A stretch of 64,000 nt of DNA from Candidatus Enterosoma merdigallinarum (GCA_018714385.1 DVNL01000010.1:6664-70663); one strand, 5' to 3'. Shown: positions 1-8,147, counted from the first letter of the stretch. Notes: a model not told the origin generated them from the sequence alone. Made by a program: numbers and translations.

Positions 1-130
1 GGACGATGACTTCCGTCCCCGTGAAGGGAAGAACCATCAAGATGACGGCCAGGGCGGCTACAAGAAGACCGGCAAGGGAGAAGATGAGCTTGAAAAACTT
101 ACGGAAGAAGGATCCAGATTTTGATGCCAT
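1..130 (-). CDS. Partial CDS (N-terminus only, continues off the left edge): hydrophobic N-terminal segment protein, unknown function
   Basis: Minus-strand ATG at 130 is preceded by AAAAAAGGAGC (SD). It translates MASKSGSFFRKFFKLIFSLAGLLVAALAVILMVLPFTG..., a signal-anchor-like N-terminus. The ORF is open to the window edge. It is preferred over the plus ORF 6..215. Confidence 0.5.
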   Translation of the reverse strand, partial: MASKSGSFFRKFFKLIFSLAGLLVAALAVILMVLPFTGTEVIV

Positions 131-156
131 ACGATTGTGCTCCTTTTTTGAACCTT

Positions 157-165
157 ATTATAACA
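157..165 (-). promoter_or_regulatory. Extended -10 promoter element (TGTTATAAT) for the partial minus-strand gene
   Basis: Reverse complement of 157-165 reads TGTTATAAT. It sits about 27 nt upstream of the ATG at 130, with an SD in between. Confidence 0.4.
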
Positions 166-242
166 AGCACATGAACAAATGTGCCCATATTTTTCGAAAT
201 AATTCGAAAGACTGACTTTGGTGTAAAAAAAGATGAAAGTAG

Positions 243-271
243 TTGGACCTTTTCTGCAGAACTGCTATATT
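243..271 (+). promoter_or_regulatory. Sigma-70 type promoter for the riboswitch-thiT unit
   Basis: TTGGAC (243-248), a 17-nt spacer, then TATATT (266-271). It lies immediately upstream of the TPP element. Confidence 0.4.
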
Positions 272-279
272 AAATTGTA

Positions 280-365
280 TTCACAGCGGGACCGCTACGG
301 CGGTTGAGAAGGTTGAAACCTGACGCTTGGAACCTGTTGGTCAAGACCATCGTAGGGAGTGAACG
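280..365 (+). promoter_or_regulatory. TPP (THI-box) riboswitch
   Basis: Contains GGGACCGCTACGGCGGTTGAGA ... ACC ... GAACCTGTTGGTCAAGACCATCGTAGGGA. This matches the conserved CUGAGA / ACCUGAUCUGGAUAAUGCCAGCGUAGGGAA core of THI elements. It sits directly upstream of a ThiT-like transporter gene. Confidence 0.75.
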
Positions 366-455
366 CACCGGTTCGTTTCGCCGGACGCATCGAAAGTCCT
401 TATCTTGCCTTGATCCAGACGGGTCGAGGCAATTTTATTGCCGGAAAGGATCCTT

Positions 456-1475
456 ATGGAAAGACATGGTACGAGAAGTTCCGTCAACAGAGGTGTCATG
501 CAGATGGTCGTATCGGCCATGATGCTGGCTCTCGCCGTCCTTCTGGATTTCGTCGTCGCCTATATCCCTGGCCTCAATTGGCCAAACGGGGGAACCATCA
601 CCATTGCGATGCTTCCACTCTTCTTGGTTGGCTTCCTTTGTGGGCCCTTCTGGGGCTTCTCCGTTTCTCTTCTTTTCGGCGTCTTGGACATCGTCATCGG
701 CAGCGCCTGGGCTTTCAACTGGGCGTCCATCCTTCTGGACTATATCCTCGGCTTCGGCGTCTGCGGCGTCTGCGGCTTCTTCTGCCGTTCCTTTTATCGG
801 AAGAGCCTTGCCGGTCCCGTTTCGGGCATGGTCCTCAGCGGGGCGCTACGCTTCCTCTGCTCTTTCCTTTCCGGCTGTGTCGTCATGTGGGATATAGCCG
901 ATACCGGAACTTTCGACCCGCATTTCGACGTTGCGACGGTCACCTATTCCGCTGTCTATAATCTCGGATACATCTTGCCGTCCATCGTCCTTTCGATCAT
1001 CGTCTTCTGCCTCATCTCAAAGCCGATCTTCCTTTTGTCGGACAGCCGGGTTTTGGCCAACATTCGGCCGAAGTCGACCGAAAAAGATGCCGGGAAGCGT
1101 CAAGGCTTTCTCTCGAAGATCGGATTCGACGTCGCCTTGCCCTATCTTTCCGCCATCCTTCTTCTCTGCGGTGCCCTCTCTTGCATACCGACGATCTCCT
1201 ATGTCGCTGCCGGTGACAGTTTTGTCGTCGATTTCCTCGCCTTGGCCTACGTGTCCATCGTCTTTGCATTGGCCATTTTGGTCTATGCTTTTGTCCGGCT
1301 GGCCCTTCTTCCCACCAGCGAGGTCAAGAAAACCTTCCTTCTCGATGGAATTTCGGGAGAAAGGAGTCGTATCCCGCCTTACATCTGGGCCATATTCCTT
1401 TCGATTCTTGCCATAGCCGTTTCCGCGGTCGCTATCTATGTTCACTTTGCCTACGGAATCGTGATCGCGGCCTGA
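456..1475 (+). CDS. thiT: ECF-transporter S component, thiamine-specific (ThiT-like), with an extra C-terminal multi-TM extension
   Basis: From ORF 438..1475, with the start moved to ATG 456 behind GGAAAGGA. The N-terminal ~190 aa is a multi-TM region resembling ThiT. It is preceded by a TPP riboswitch. The C-terminal ~150 aa adds 3-4 predicted TM helices. Confidence 0.65.
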   Translation: MERHGTRSSVNRGVMQMVVSAMMLALAVLLDFVVAYIPGLNWPNGGTITIAMLPLFLVGFLCGPFWGFSVSLLFGVLDIVIGSAWAFNWASILLDYILGFGVCGVCGFFCRSFYRKSLAGPVSGMVLSGALRFLCSFLSGCVVMWDIADTGTFDPHFDVATVTYSAVYNLGYILPSIVLSIIVFCLISKPIFLLSDSRVLANIRPKSTEKDAGKRQGFLSKIGFDVALPYLSAILLLCGALSCIPTISYVAAGDSFVVDFLALAYVSIVFALAILVYAFVRLALLPTSEVKKTFLLDGISGERSRIPPYIWAIFLSILAIAVSAVAIYVHFAYGIVIAA

Positions 1476-1535
1476 ACGTCTCCAAACGGAGAGAAATAAG
1501 CTATAATAGGTGAAAACGATACGTTGGAGGTTTTT

Positions 1536-2264
1536 ATGGACGACTGGCTTCTTTCTCTTTTGGAACACGACGGATGGGGCATGCCCGTCTTCATTCTGGT
1601 CACGACGCTTTTGAGCGGCCTGCTCTCAGGGATTCTCGGCCTGGAGAGAGAGATTCGCGGCCAGTCCGCCGGACTGAGGACCCACGTTCTCCTGGCCGTC
1701 GGGTCTTCCTTGATGATGTCCATCTCCATCTATGCTATCCGCGCGACAGGCCTCGTGGAATTCGATGCGTCACGAATCGGAGCGGGCGTTGTCTCCGGAA
1801 TCGGTTTTCTTTGCGCCGGCTGCATCATCCGGACACGCAACAACATCAAAGGGCTGACGACGTCGGCAACTCTGTGGATCTGCGGTGGAATCGGTCTTGC
1901 CTGCGGCGCCGGCTTTGTCCTGGAGGCTATCATCGCAATGGCCGTCGCTTTCCTCTTCTTGATGGGCCTCATCATTTTCGAGCGTTTTCTCGACAGGAAA
2001 GCCCCGGCTGTCACGCTAATTGCCGATTCTTCTCTTCCGATACTCTCTCGCATACAGAAAAAAGCCGAGGAACTTGACCTTTCGATCAAAGACATTCGCT
2101 TCAAACCATTGAAAGACAATGAAGAAAGACAAGCCCAGGTGACTATCATTTTTGCTTACAAGTCTTTGACTTTTGCTGTCGCGGAGTTCTGGGAATCCTT
2201 CCGTATCATGGAGGGGGTTCATTCGGCGACGGTCACGGGATTGGAAAAGGGTGAGAAAAAATGA
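1536..2264 (+). CDS. mgtC: MgtC/SapB family membrane protein
   Basis: From ORF 1524..2264, with ATG 1536 behind GGAGG. The sequence LLSGILGLEREIRGQSAGLRTHVLLAVGSSL... is typical of the MgtC N-terminal domain. The C-terminal part is a soluble ACT-like domain. Confidence 0.75.
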   Translation: MDDWLLSLLEHDGWGMPVFILVTTLLSGLLSGILGLEREIRGQSAGLRTHVLLAVGSSLMMSISIYAIRATGLVEFDASRIGAGVVSGIGFLCAGCIIRTRNNIKGLTTSATLWICGGIGLACGAGFVLEAIIAMAVAFLFLMGLIIFERFLDRKAPAVTLIADSSLPILSRIQKKAEELDLSIKDIRFKPLKDNEERQAQVTIIFAYKSLTFAVAEFWESFRIMEGVHSATVTGLEKGEKK

Positions 2265-2932
2265 GGGGAATAAGCAACGTCTATCTCGACGATACTTTTT
2301 ATCATGACCAGATTTCGCTTTATGACGTGCACCTGATGGCGGGCAGAAAGCATCGCCTCCGCCTTCTTGCTTATCCTGATCGACAGATTTCGGATTTGGT
2401 CGGTGAATCGGATGCGCCTCTGTCTTTTTCTGTTGTCGGAAACGAGATAGGGATTGATCTTTCGTCCGAAACGGAAAAGAGACTCGTCATGCTTACCCTG
2501 TCCAGCAGGGAGTACGATTTTCGTGAAACCTATCGTCTTCACATCTTCCCTTCCTTTGCTATTGCGGACAGGGCTGGCGTCTATGTCAATCCTGCCAGGA
2601 AGAGGCAGAGAATCGTGCTCGGAAAAGACGGCCATGTCTTGCTGGACACGGACGACATGATCGATTCTCTCCCGGTCTTTCAAAGCGAGGGGGTATCCCT
2701 TGACCCTCTTTCCTTGAAGCTTTCTCTTCCCTCCTTCCGTCATGAAGATGCGGACGGGACGGAGTTTGTCTTGACTTCGACGGTCCTTTTCGACCCTGTC
2801 GATCCGGAACTCCATGTCGCCGTCCATCTTGAGGCCTATCGGGATGGATTGTGTGACTCCGCCTATCTTGTCGGCGTGGGCGACGAGGACGGCATCGTCG
2901 AATATGAGAGATTCGTCCTGGCGGAGGTGTGA
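2261..2932 (+). CDS. Hypothetical protein (223 aa), translationally coupled between mgtC and malQ
   Basis: ORF 2261..2932. Its ATG overlaps the mgtC stop (ATGA), and its stop lies just before the malQ ATG. I recognise no domain. The antisense ORF 2219..3049 is judged a shadow ORF. Confidence 0.5.
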   Translation: MRGISNVYLDDTFYHDQISLYDVHLMAGRKHRLRLLAYPDRQISDLVGESDAPLSFSVVGNEIGIDLSSETEKRLVMLTLSSREYDFRETYRLHIFPSFAIADRAGVYVNPARKRQRIVLGKDGHVLLDTDDMIDSLPVFQSEGVSLDPLSLKLSLPSFRHEDADGTEFVLTSTVLFDPVDPELHVAVHLEAYRDGLCDSAYLVGVGDEDGIVEYERFVLAEV

Positions 2933-2934
2933 CC

Positions 2935-4437
2935 ATGGACAGAGACGAGAGACTTTCCGGGATCCTGCTTCATCTGACCTGTCTTCCTTCCCCATACGGG
3001 ATTGGAAGCCTTGGCAGGCCTGCGCATGACTTTGTCGAGTATCTTTCACGCTGCGGAAGCCGGATTTGGCAGATCCTTCCGCTTTGCGTCACGAGCTATG
3101 GGGACAGTCCTTATCAATCCCCCTCGGCCAAGGGCCTCAATTATTACCTCATCGATTTGGACGTGCTTCGAAAAAAGGGGCTTTTGAGCGATGAGGAATG
3201 CCGAAAGGAAGCCCGTTACGAGGCGGATACTCGTGTCGACTACGGCCGCCTTTTCGATACCCGCATTCCTTTGTTGAAGAAGGCTTTCTCGCGTTTCGAC
3301 TCGCATGAAGAATCCTTCCTCCGGTTTGTCCGCAAGGGAGAATACCATGACTTTGCCTTCTTCATGACTCTCAAGGAAATGCATGCCTTCCGTCCTTGGC
3401 ATGAATGGGAGAAGCCTTTCGACCGCTATTCTTCGAAAATGGAGAAAGAGATAGTCGAAAAGGAGAAGGAACGTTATCTCTTCTATCTGTGGACGCAATA
3501 CGAATTCCTTTCGCAGTTTTCTCTTCTCAAGGCCCATTGTCGCGAGAAAGGCATTCTTCTGATGGGAGACATGCCTCTTTATCTCAGCCGGGATTCCGTC
3601 GAATGCTACAAATATCCGGAGCTTTTCCGACTGGATGAGCGAGGCGTCCCGACGGTCGTCGCCGGTTGCCCGCCGGATTATTTCTCTCCCAAGGGACAGC
3701 TTTGGGGAAACCCGATCTACGATTGGGATCGCATGGAAAAAGACGGCTATCGCTTCTTTGTCGATAGAATAAACTATTCCCTGCGCTTTTTCGACATCTT
3801 GCGGATCGATCATTTCCGAGGTTTTTCGGCTTATTACGAAATCCCGTTCGGTCGGGAGGATGCCGTCATCGGAAGATGGGTAAAAGGACCGGGCTTTGCC
3901 CTCTTCAAAGATCTTCTCTCTTACCCCATCGTGGCGGAGGATTTGGGGCAATTGGACGAGGACGTCTATTCTCTCTTGCGTAAGACCGGTTATCCCGGAA
4001 TGAAAGTCCTGGAGTTCGCCTTCGACGGAAACGCAGAGAACGACCATCTTCCGAGCCTATCGGACAAAAACAGTTTCACCTATACCGGGACGCATGACAA
4101 TATGCCGCTTTTCGGATATCTCTCTGGCCTTTCGGAGAGCGCCAGAGAAGTCTATGCGCGTTCCTTGGAAAAAGAATGCGAGAAGATGGGCCTATGCTAT
4201 TGTGGAAAAACGCTTTCGGACCTCGCCAAGACGACGATCCGCCTAGCCTATGCCAGCCCTTCGATGGCCTGCGTCATCCCGATGCAGGATATCCTTCTCC
4301 TCGGAGAGGAAAGCCGGATGAACACGCCTTCCCTCCTTTCGACGAGAAACTGGAGCTATAGGGCAAAGAAAACGGATTTCAATTCGGAAGGAGTCGATTT
4401 CGTCAAGGCGTGCCGTAAAGAGGGACGAAGAAAATAA
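2935..4437 (+). CDS. malQ: 4-alpha-glucanotransferase (amylomaltase, GH77)
   Basis: From ORF 2929..4437, with ATG 2935 placed 7 nt after GGAGG. The N-terminus LSGILLHLTCLPSPYGIGSLG...WQILPL and the length (~500 aa) are typical of MalQ. Confidence 0.9.
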   Translation: MDRDERLSGILLHLTCLPSPYGIGSLGRPAHDFVEYLSRCGSRIWQILPLCVTSYGDSPYQSPSAKGLNYYLIDLDVLRKKGLLSDEECRKEARYEADTRVDYGRLFDTRIPLLKKAFSRFDSHEESFLRFVRKGEYHDFAFFMTLKEMHAFRPWHEWEKPFDRYSSKMEKEIVEKEKERYLFYLWTQYEFLSQFSLLKAHCREKGILLMGDMPLYLSRDSVECYKYPELFRLDERGVPTVVAGCPPDYFSPKGQLWGNPIYDWDRMEKDGYRFFVDRINYSLRFFDILRIDHFRGFSAYYEIPFGREDAVIGRWVKGPGFALFKDLLSYPIVAEDLGQLDEDVYSLLRKTGYPGMKVLEFAFDGNAENDHLPSLSDKNSFTYTGTHDNMPLFGYLSGLSESAREVYARSLEKECEKMGLCYCGKTLSDLAKTTIRLAYASPSMACVIPMQDILLLGEESRMNTPSLLSTRNWSYRAKKTDFNSEGVDFVKACRKEGRRK

Positions 4438-4457
4438 AAAAGGGGATCATTTCCCCT
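4436..4457 (-). terminator. Hairpin with a T-run on the minus strand only (minus-oriented intrinsic terminator)
   Basis: AGGGGA-tcatt-TCCCCT stem at 4441-4457. On the minus strand it is followed by TTTTTTATTTT. On the plus strand no U-tract follows. Confidence 0.45.
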
Positions 4458-4596
4458 CGTCCACGAACGATGAAGCAGGCCATGGCCTTTTCTTCCGTTT
4501 TCTTCTTCCGGGAAGGCTCAAGTCCGCCGAAAGAGACTTCGGTAGAAAGTCCCTGCGTCTGCCTCTGTCTGCGTCTCGCTTCCTCATGGATGCCAT
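4447..4596 (-). CDS. Candidate small basic protein (49 aa), very tentative
   Basis: Minus-strand ATG at 4596 lies 8 nt after AGGAG. A TATAAT (rc of 4619-4624) is upstream, and the stop lies inside the minus-oriented terminator. Translation is MASMRKRDADRGRRRDFLPKSLSADLSLPGRRKRKKRPWPASSFVDEGK, with no recognisable family. Confidence 0.25.
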   Translation of the reverse strand: MASMRKRDADRGRRRDFLPKSLSADLSLPGRRKRKKRPWPASSFVDEGK

Positions 4597-4728
4597 CGTG
4601 CAATCTCCTGACAGATACATTATAGCCAAAAAATCTTTGACAAGTGCGAAAATTATATTTGCCATCAGGCCGAAACTCATACAATACCGCCTTTAAGTCT
4701 ATGAAAGCGGTTATCGGGAGGGATGAAC

Positions 4729-5640
4729 ATGAAAGTTTTGAAAGAGATTTGTCTATTTTCCGGAGCGGAGTTCGTCCTTTACACAGGGACGGATTTTCTT
4801 GTCAAAACAAAGGAGGACGTCCGACTTCTCGGCATGGACGGAAAAGTGAAGGCACGCCGTGCTCTTCCTGTTTACGTTTCCAAGATCATTAGGGGACGGG
4901 ACGGCACTTTCCTGTTGCTTCCCTCCCTTTTTGCGAAGGAAGCCTATCATATGTCCGGAGACTTGAAAGATTTGGAAACGATTCCTCTCCCGACGGATAG
5001 TGAATCCTATCTTCGCGATGGCTGTTTCCTTGTTGACGGCTCCTTCCTTCTTCTGGCAGAGGAGAAGACGGGCAGTTATCTTCTCCATTGTCGAAAGGAT
5101 GGCGACGTCTCTGTTCTCTTCCGCAGGGATGGTCATCGTTGGACAGGTATCCGCTTTTCCGAGTTTTTCAATTCGGCTATCCTCTTTTCTCCGCGAGGCA
5201 AGGCCTCCTTTTTGGCCGGTGGGTGTCTCGTTCGCGAGGCCAAGATCCCGCAGTGCCATACTGTCCTTCCTTTGGGGAAAGGGAATGTCCTTTTGGCCGA
5301 TGCGCCTCTGGGTTTCTATCTTCTCAGCGGAACAGGACGTATTCTCAAGCGACTGGACTTTCTTATCGACAAGGGCGACAAGACCGAGAGATTTGCCGGA
5401 CTCCTTCTCTCACAGGACTGCCGATACTGTCTTTATCTGACGCGGCACGAAAGAGGCGAGGCCGTCTATCTCTTCTCGACCAAGGATTTTTCCCTCCTGG
5501 ACTATCGAATCGGAATGAAAAAAGAGATAGACGGCCTCTATTTCGACGGGAGGTACGCCTATCTCCGAAAAGGTTCGGATATCGCCTGCTGCGATTTTGT
5601 CGAGAAGGTCAGGCCTTCTGGGCGAAGGAACAGGTCTTGA
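4729..5640 (+). CDS. Hypothetical protein (303 aa), repetitive beta-strand-like pattern, no recognised domain
   Basis: From ORF 4723..5640. The second ATG (4729) has better spacing from GGGAGGG. There is no signal peptide and no motif I can name. Confidence 0.55.
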   Translation: MKVLKEICLFSGAEFVLYTGTDFLVKTKEDVRLLGMDGKVKARRALPVYVSKIIRGRDGTFLLLPSLFAKEAYHMSGDLKDLETIPLPTDSESYLRDGCFLVDGSFLLLAEEKTGSYLLHCRKDGDVSVLFRRDGHRWTGIRFSEFFNSAILFSPRGKASFLAGGCLVREAKIPQCHTVLPLGKGNVLLADAPLGFYLLSGTGRILKRLDFLIDKGDKTERFAGLLLSQDCRYCLYLTRHERGEAVYLFSTKDFSLLDYRIGMKKEIDGLYFDGRYAYLRKGSDIACCDFVEKVRPSGRRNRS

Positions 5641-6343
5641 TGAGTTCCGTCCCTTCCTTGGCGGCGATGGTGTCGGCCTCGTTGAGGAGGAAGGTGCCGA
5701 GCCCTTTTCCGCGGTAGCTCTCGTGGACGAAGGTCTTTGACAGGATACGGGTCTTGGGATCCCGCTTTCCGATGTCGACGTAGGCGACGACGGTCCCGCG
5801 TCTGTCGTAGAGCGTGACCCGCTCGCCGTCGAAGATCTTGTCCAGGAGCAACTCCTCGGTGATGTCCTTCTTGGCCATGCCTTTGCATTGGATGTTGCGA
5901 GAGAGGCCCTCAAGGCAAGTCTCACGCAGGGAGGAGAGAGTCATTGCGGAAGGGACGTTCTTGGGATCGTCAAGAACATCGGAAGGAAGCGAGAAGATCG
6001 ATCCCTCTTTCTTCCCATAGGGAAGGAGGTCGTCCTTATGCCTGGGAATGATGTGGGCAGTAAGATGCCCGTCCTCCCCTCCGAGCATCTCGAATTCGGT
6101 GAAGTCCGCCTTGAAGGCCTCCAGCAGGGACTGGGCGATCAGGCTGGCTTCCGAAAGGAAAGCGACGCGGGTATGATAATCGAGCTGGTAAAGCTCCTTC
6201 TTGCAGGCCTTGGAAAGGAAGAGGACGTGACCCTCAAAAAGCTGGCTTTGGGCGAGAACGACGTATCCGCTCCGTGTCTCCGCGACAAAAAAGGGGTCGT
6301 TTCCTTGCTTGATCTGCTCGATTCTTTCACAGGTTGTGCACAT
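5609..6343 (-). CDS. Two-domain protein: HIT-family-like domain fused to a small GNAT-fold (YjdJ/PF14542-like) domain
   Basis: From ORF 5609..6391, with the start moved to ATG 6343 behind AGGAGA. The N-terminus CTTCERI...GHVLFLSK...GGEDGHLTAHIIPRHKDD resembles a HIT fold, but the middle His of the triad reads Thr. The C-terminus ...VHESYRGKGLGTFLLNEADTIAAKEGTELIKTCSFAQ resembles the short GNAT-like acetyltransferase family. Confidence 0.6.
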   Translation of the reverse strand: MCTTCERIEQIKQGNDPFFVAETRSGYVVLAQSQLFEGHVLFLSKACKKELYQLDYHTRVAFLSEASLIAQSLLEAFKADFTEFEMLGGEDGHLTAHIIPRHKDDLLPYGKKEGSIFSLPSDVLDDPKNVPSAMTLSSLRETCLEGLSRNIQCKGMAKKDITEELLLDKIFDGERVTLYDRRGTVVAYVDIGKRDPKTRILSKTFVHESYRGKGLGTFLLNEADTIAAKEGTELIKTCSFAQKA

Positions 6344-6454
6344 ATTGATGTCTCCTTGTCTATAGAAACGTCTTTGATAGAATAGATGCAATTAAATATA
6401 TAACAATCCCCCCTCCTCCGCCAATAGTCTTGCTCGCCATGAAAGGAGAAAAAC

Positions 6455-7708
6455 ATGATCCTTCGCGAAATCGACGTCTTGCATGCCAAGGATATCTACG
6501 ACTTCATCCGAAAGACTCCCTCCGAGAATGGATTCGAGAATCCCTATTATGGCATGGGCTTCGACGATTTCGTTTTTCGGGCGATACCGGAAAGAAAAGA
6601 TTGCGCCCAAGGGAAGGACCTGCCGGAAGGCTACATGCCAGACCACTGGCTCTTTCTCTTTGAGGCGGGAAAAGTCATCGGCCTTTTCAAAGTCCGTCCA
6701 CGTCTGAACGATTTCCTTGCTTCGGGGCCTGGCCACATCGGCTATGCCATCCTTCCTTCGGAGAGGGGAAAAGGCTATGGGAAGGAAGGTCTACGGCTTT
6801 GCCTGCAATGGTTGTTCGATTCGCCGGATTTCCAGGACGAAGAAGTGTATTTTCAAATCCGGAAAGACAACCCGGCTTCGAAAAAGATCGTCCTGGCAAA
6901 CGGCGGCTATTGCCATCATGTGGACGAAGAACATGACTATCTCCGCATTCGGAGAGATGGACTTAGACTATCTGACTTTCCTCTTGCGGAATTTACAAAT
7001 GAACCGGGATTCATCACGCCAAAAGAAGGAAAAGAAATGGCTGGAAAACTTTTGGTCACCTTTTTCCCGGAGGTCGTCGAGGAGATGGTTCGGAGCGGCG
7101 GGGCAGAGCTCTCCTTGACACTGAAGGGTGAGAATGACATGCCTATCTATCGGATCGTTGGGACGGATGTTTTTCTGGTTCTGGGCATCATCGGTGCACC
7201 GGCGACCGGCGGCTTTATGGAGGAAATGTTTGCGAAAGGCATACGGAAAGTCCTTTTCATCGGTGGGGCCGGGAGTCTTGTCCCAAGTCCGCTGGGCAGG
7301 CCGCTTCTGGTCTCCTCGGCGATCCGAGATGAGGGGTTTTCTTTTCACTATATGCGACCTTCACGCTATGTTGAGGCCGACGCAGGAATGTTGGAGGAGC
7401 TTGCCGCTTTTCTGAAGGAAAAAGGAGTCTCTTATGACAAGGGACGCGTCTGGACAACGGATGCGTTCTATCGTGAGATGCCGGAAAAGATTCGACGTCG
7501 TATTCAAGAGGGGGCAAAGATGGTCGAGATGGAACAGGCAGGCCTCATCGCTTTATGTCGCTTCCGAAATGTCCCATACGGGGCGATACTTTATTCCGGC
7601 GATGATCTTTCCGGCAGTGAATATTCGACGAGGGAATGGAAACGAAGCGAATCCAGGAGGCATCTTGTCGAGCTAGCCATCGAATATCTTTCTCATGAGA
7701 GGCATTGA
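6455..7708 (+). CDS. Two-domain protein: GNAT N-acetyltransferase domain fused to a PNP/UDP-family nucleoside phosphorylase domain
   Basis: ORF 6455..7708 with SD AAAGGAGAA. The N-terminal ~170 aa carries ...GHIGYAILPSERGKGYGKEGLRL..., a GNAT motif A region. The C-terminal ~240 aa carries ...LGIIGAPATGGFMEEM...FIGGAGSL...VEMEQAGL..., typical of the phosphorylase superfamily 1. Confidence 0.65.
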   Translation: MILREIDVLHAKDIYDFIRKTPSENGFENPYYGMGFDDFVFRAIPERKDCAQGKDLPEGYMPDHWLFLFEAGKVIGLFKVRPRLNDFLASGPGHIGYAILPSERGKGYGKEGLRLCLQWLFDSPDFQDEEVYFQIRKDNPASKKIVLANGGYCHHVDEEHDYLRIRRDGLRLSDFPLAEFTNEPGFITPKEGKEMAGKLLVTFFPEVVEEMVRSGGAELSLTLKGENDMPIYRIVGTDVFLVLGIIGAPATGGFMEEMFAKGIRKVLFIGGAGSLVPSPLGRPLLVSSAIRDEGFSFHYMRPSRYVEADAGMLEELAAFLKEKGVSYDKGRVWTTDAFYREMPEKIRRRIQEGAKMVEMEQAGLIALCRFRNVPYGAILYSGDDLSGSEYSTREWKRSESRRHLVELAIEYLSHERH

Positions 7709-8111
7709 GCACAATCACATGTCATTATAGATAGACGTTTGAAGACGGTACATACGCAAAGGAATGATGAGGAAAGCGTCTATAAACAGACGACAAAGCA
7801 ACAATGAATACAATCGGCATTCAAAACCGGTCTAAATTTGCGAAGGCGTTAAAGCGCCGAGAACAATCTAGAAAGCTCCAAAAACAGGCATGCCGCCTTT
7901 GATACAAAAGGATAATGCCACTATTGGCTGGGATGGAGAGCAGTACATTTTTACGCATGGATTAAGATACAAATAGGACGGCAAAACAGAAAAATATTTA
8001 AAATTTAATTGCCAGCCATCCTAGTCATTTGTTCAGAAGACGTATATTTGGAAACACGGATTACATTGATTGTCGCTGTGTTTGACATTGTCATAAGCTC
8101 ACCCGTGGCTA

Positions 8112-8139
8112 TTGACACAATTAAGTTTTTTCGTGTAAT
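8112..8139 (+). promoter_or_regulatory. Promoter of the 127-aa membrane protein gene
   Basis: TTGACA (8112-8117), a 16-nt spacer, then TGTAAT (8134-8139). The ATG follows 8 nt later with no SD. Confidence 0.45.
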
Positions 8140-8147
8140 CTCAAAAC

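Noticed and set aside
6-215. 69-aa plus ORF at the left edge.
   Set aside because: The opposite strand has a better gene model. That model has an SD plus ATG at 130, a signal-anchor-like N-terminus, and stays open to the window edge.
2219-3049. 276-aa minus-strand ORF covering the mgtC-malQ junction.
   Set aside because: It overlaps the ends of two confident plus-strand genes. The plus ORF 2261..2932 fits the operon with start/stop coupling. The minus ORF behaves as a shadow ORF.
4462-4600. SRP RNA or 6S RNA in the malQ-downstream spacer (GAAGCAGGCCA and CCCGGAAGAAG resemble SRP helix-8 strings).
   Set aside because: The two fragments are on opposite strands. They do not form the conserved GGAA-tetraloop helix, and no terminal long helix typical of 6S RNA is visible.
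6392-6736. 114-aa minus ORF upstream of the HIT~GNAT gene.
   Set aside because: It overlaps the 5' part of the GNAT~PNP gene, which has a recognisable GNAT domain and SD. It has no SD of its own.
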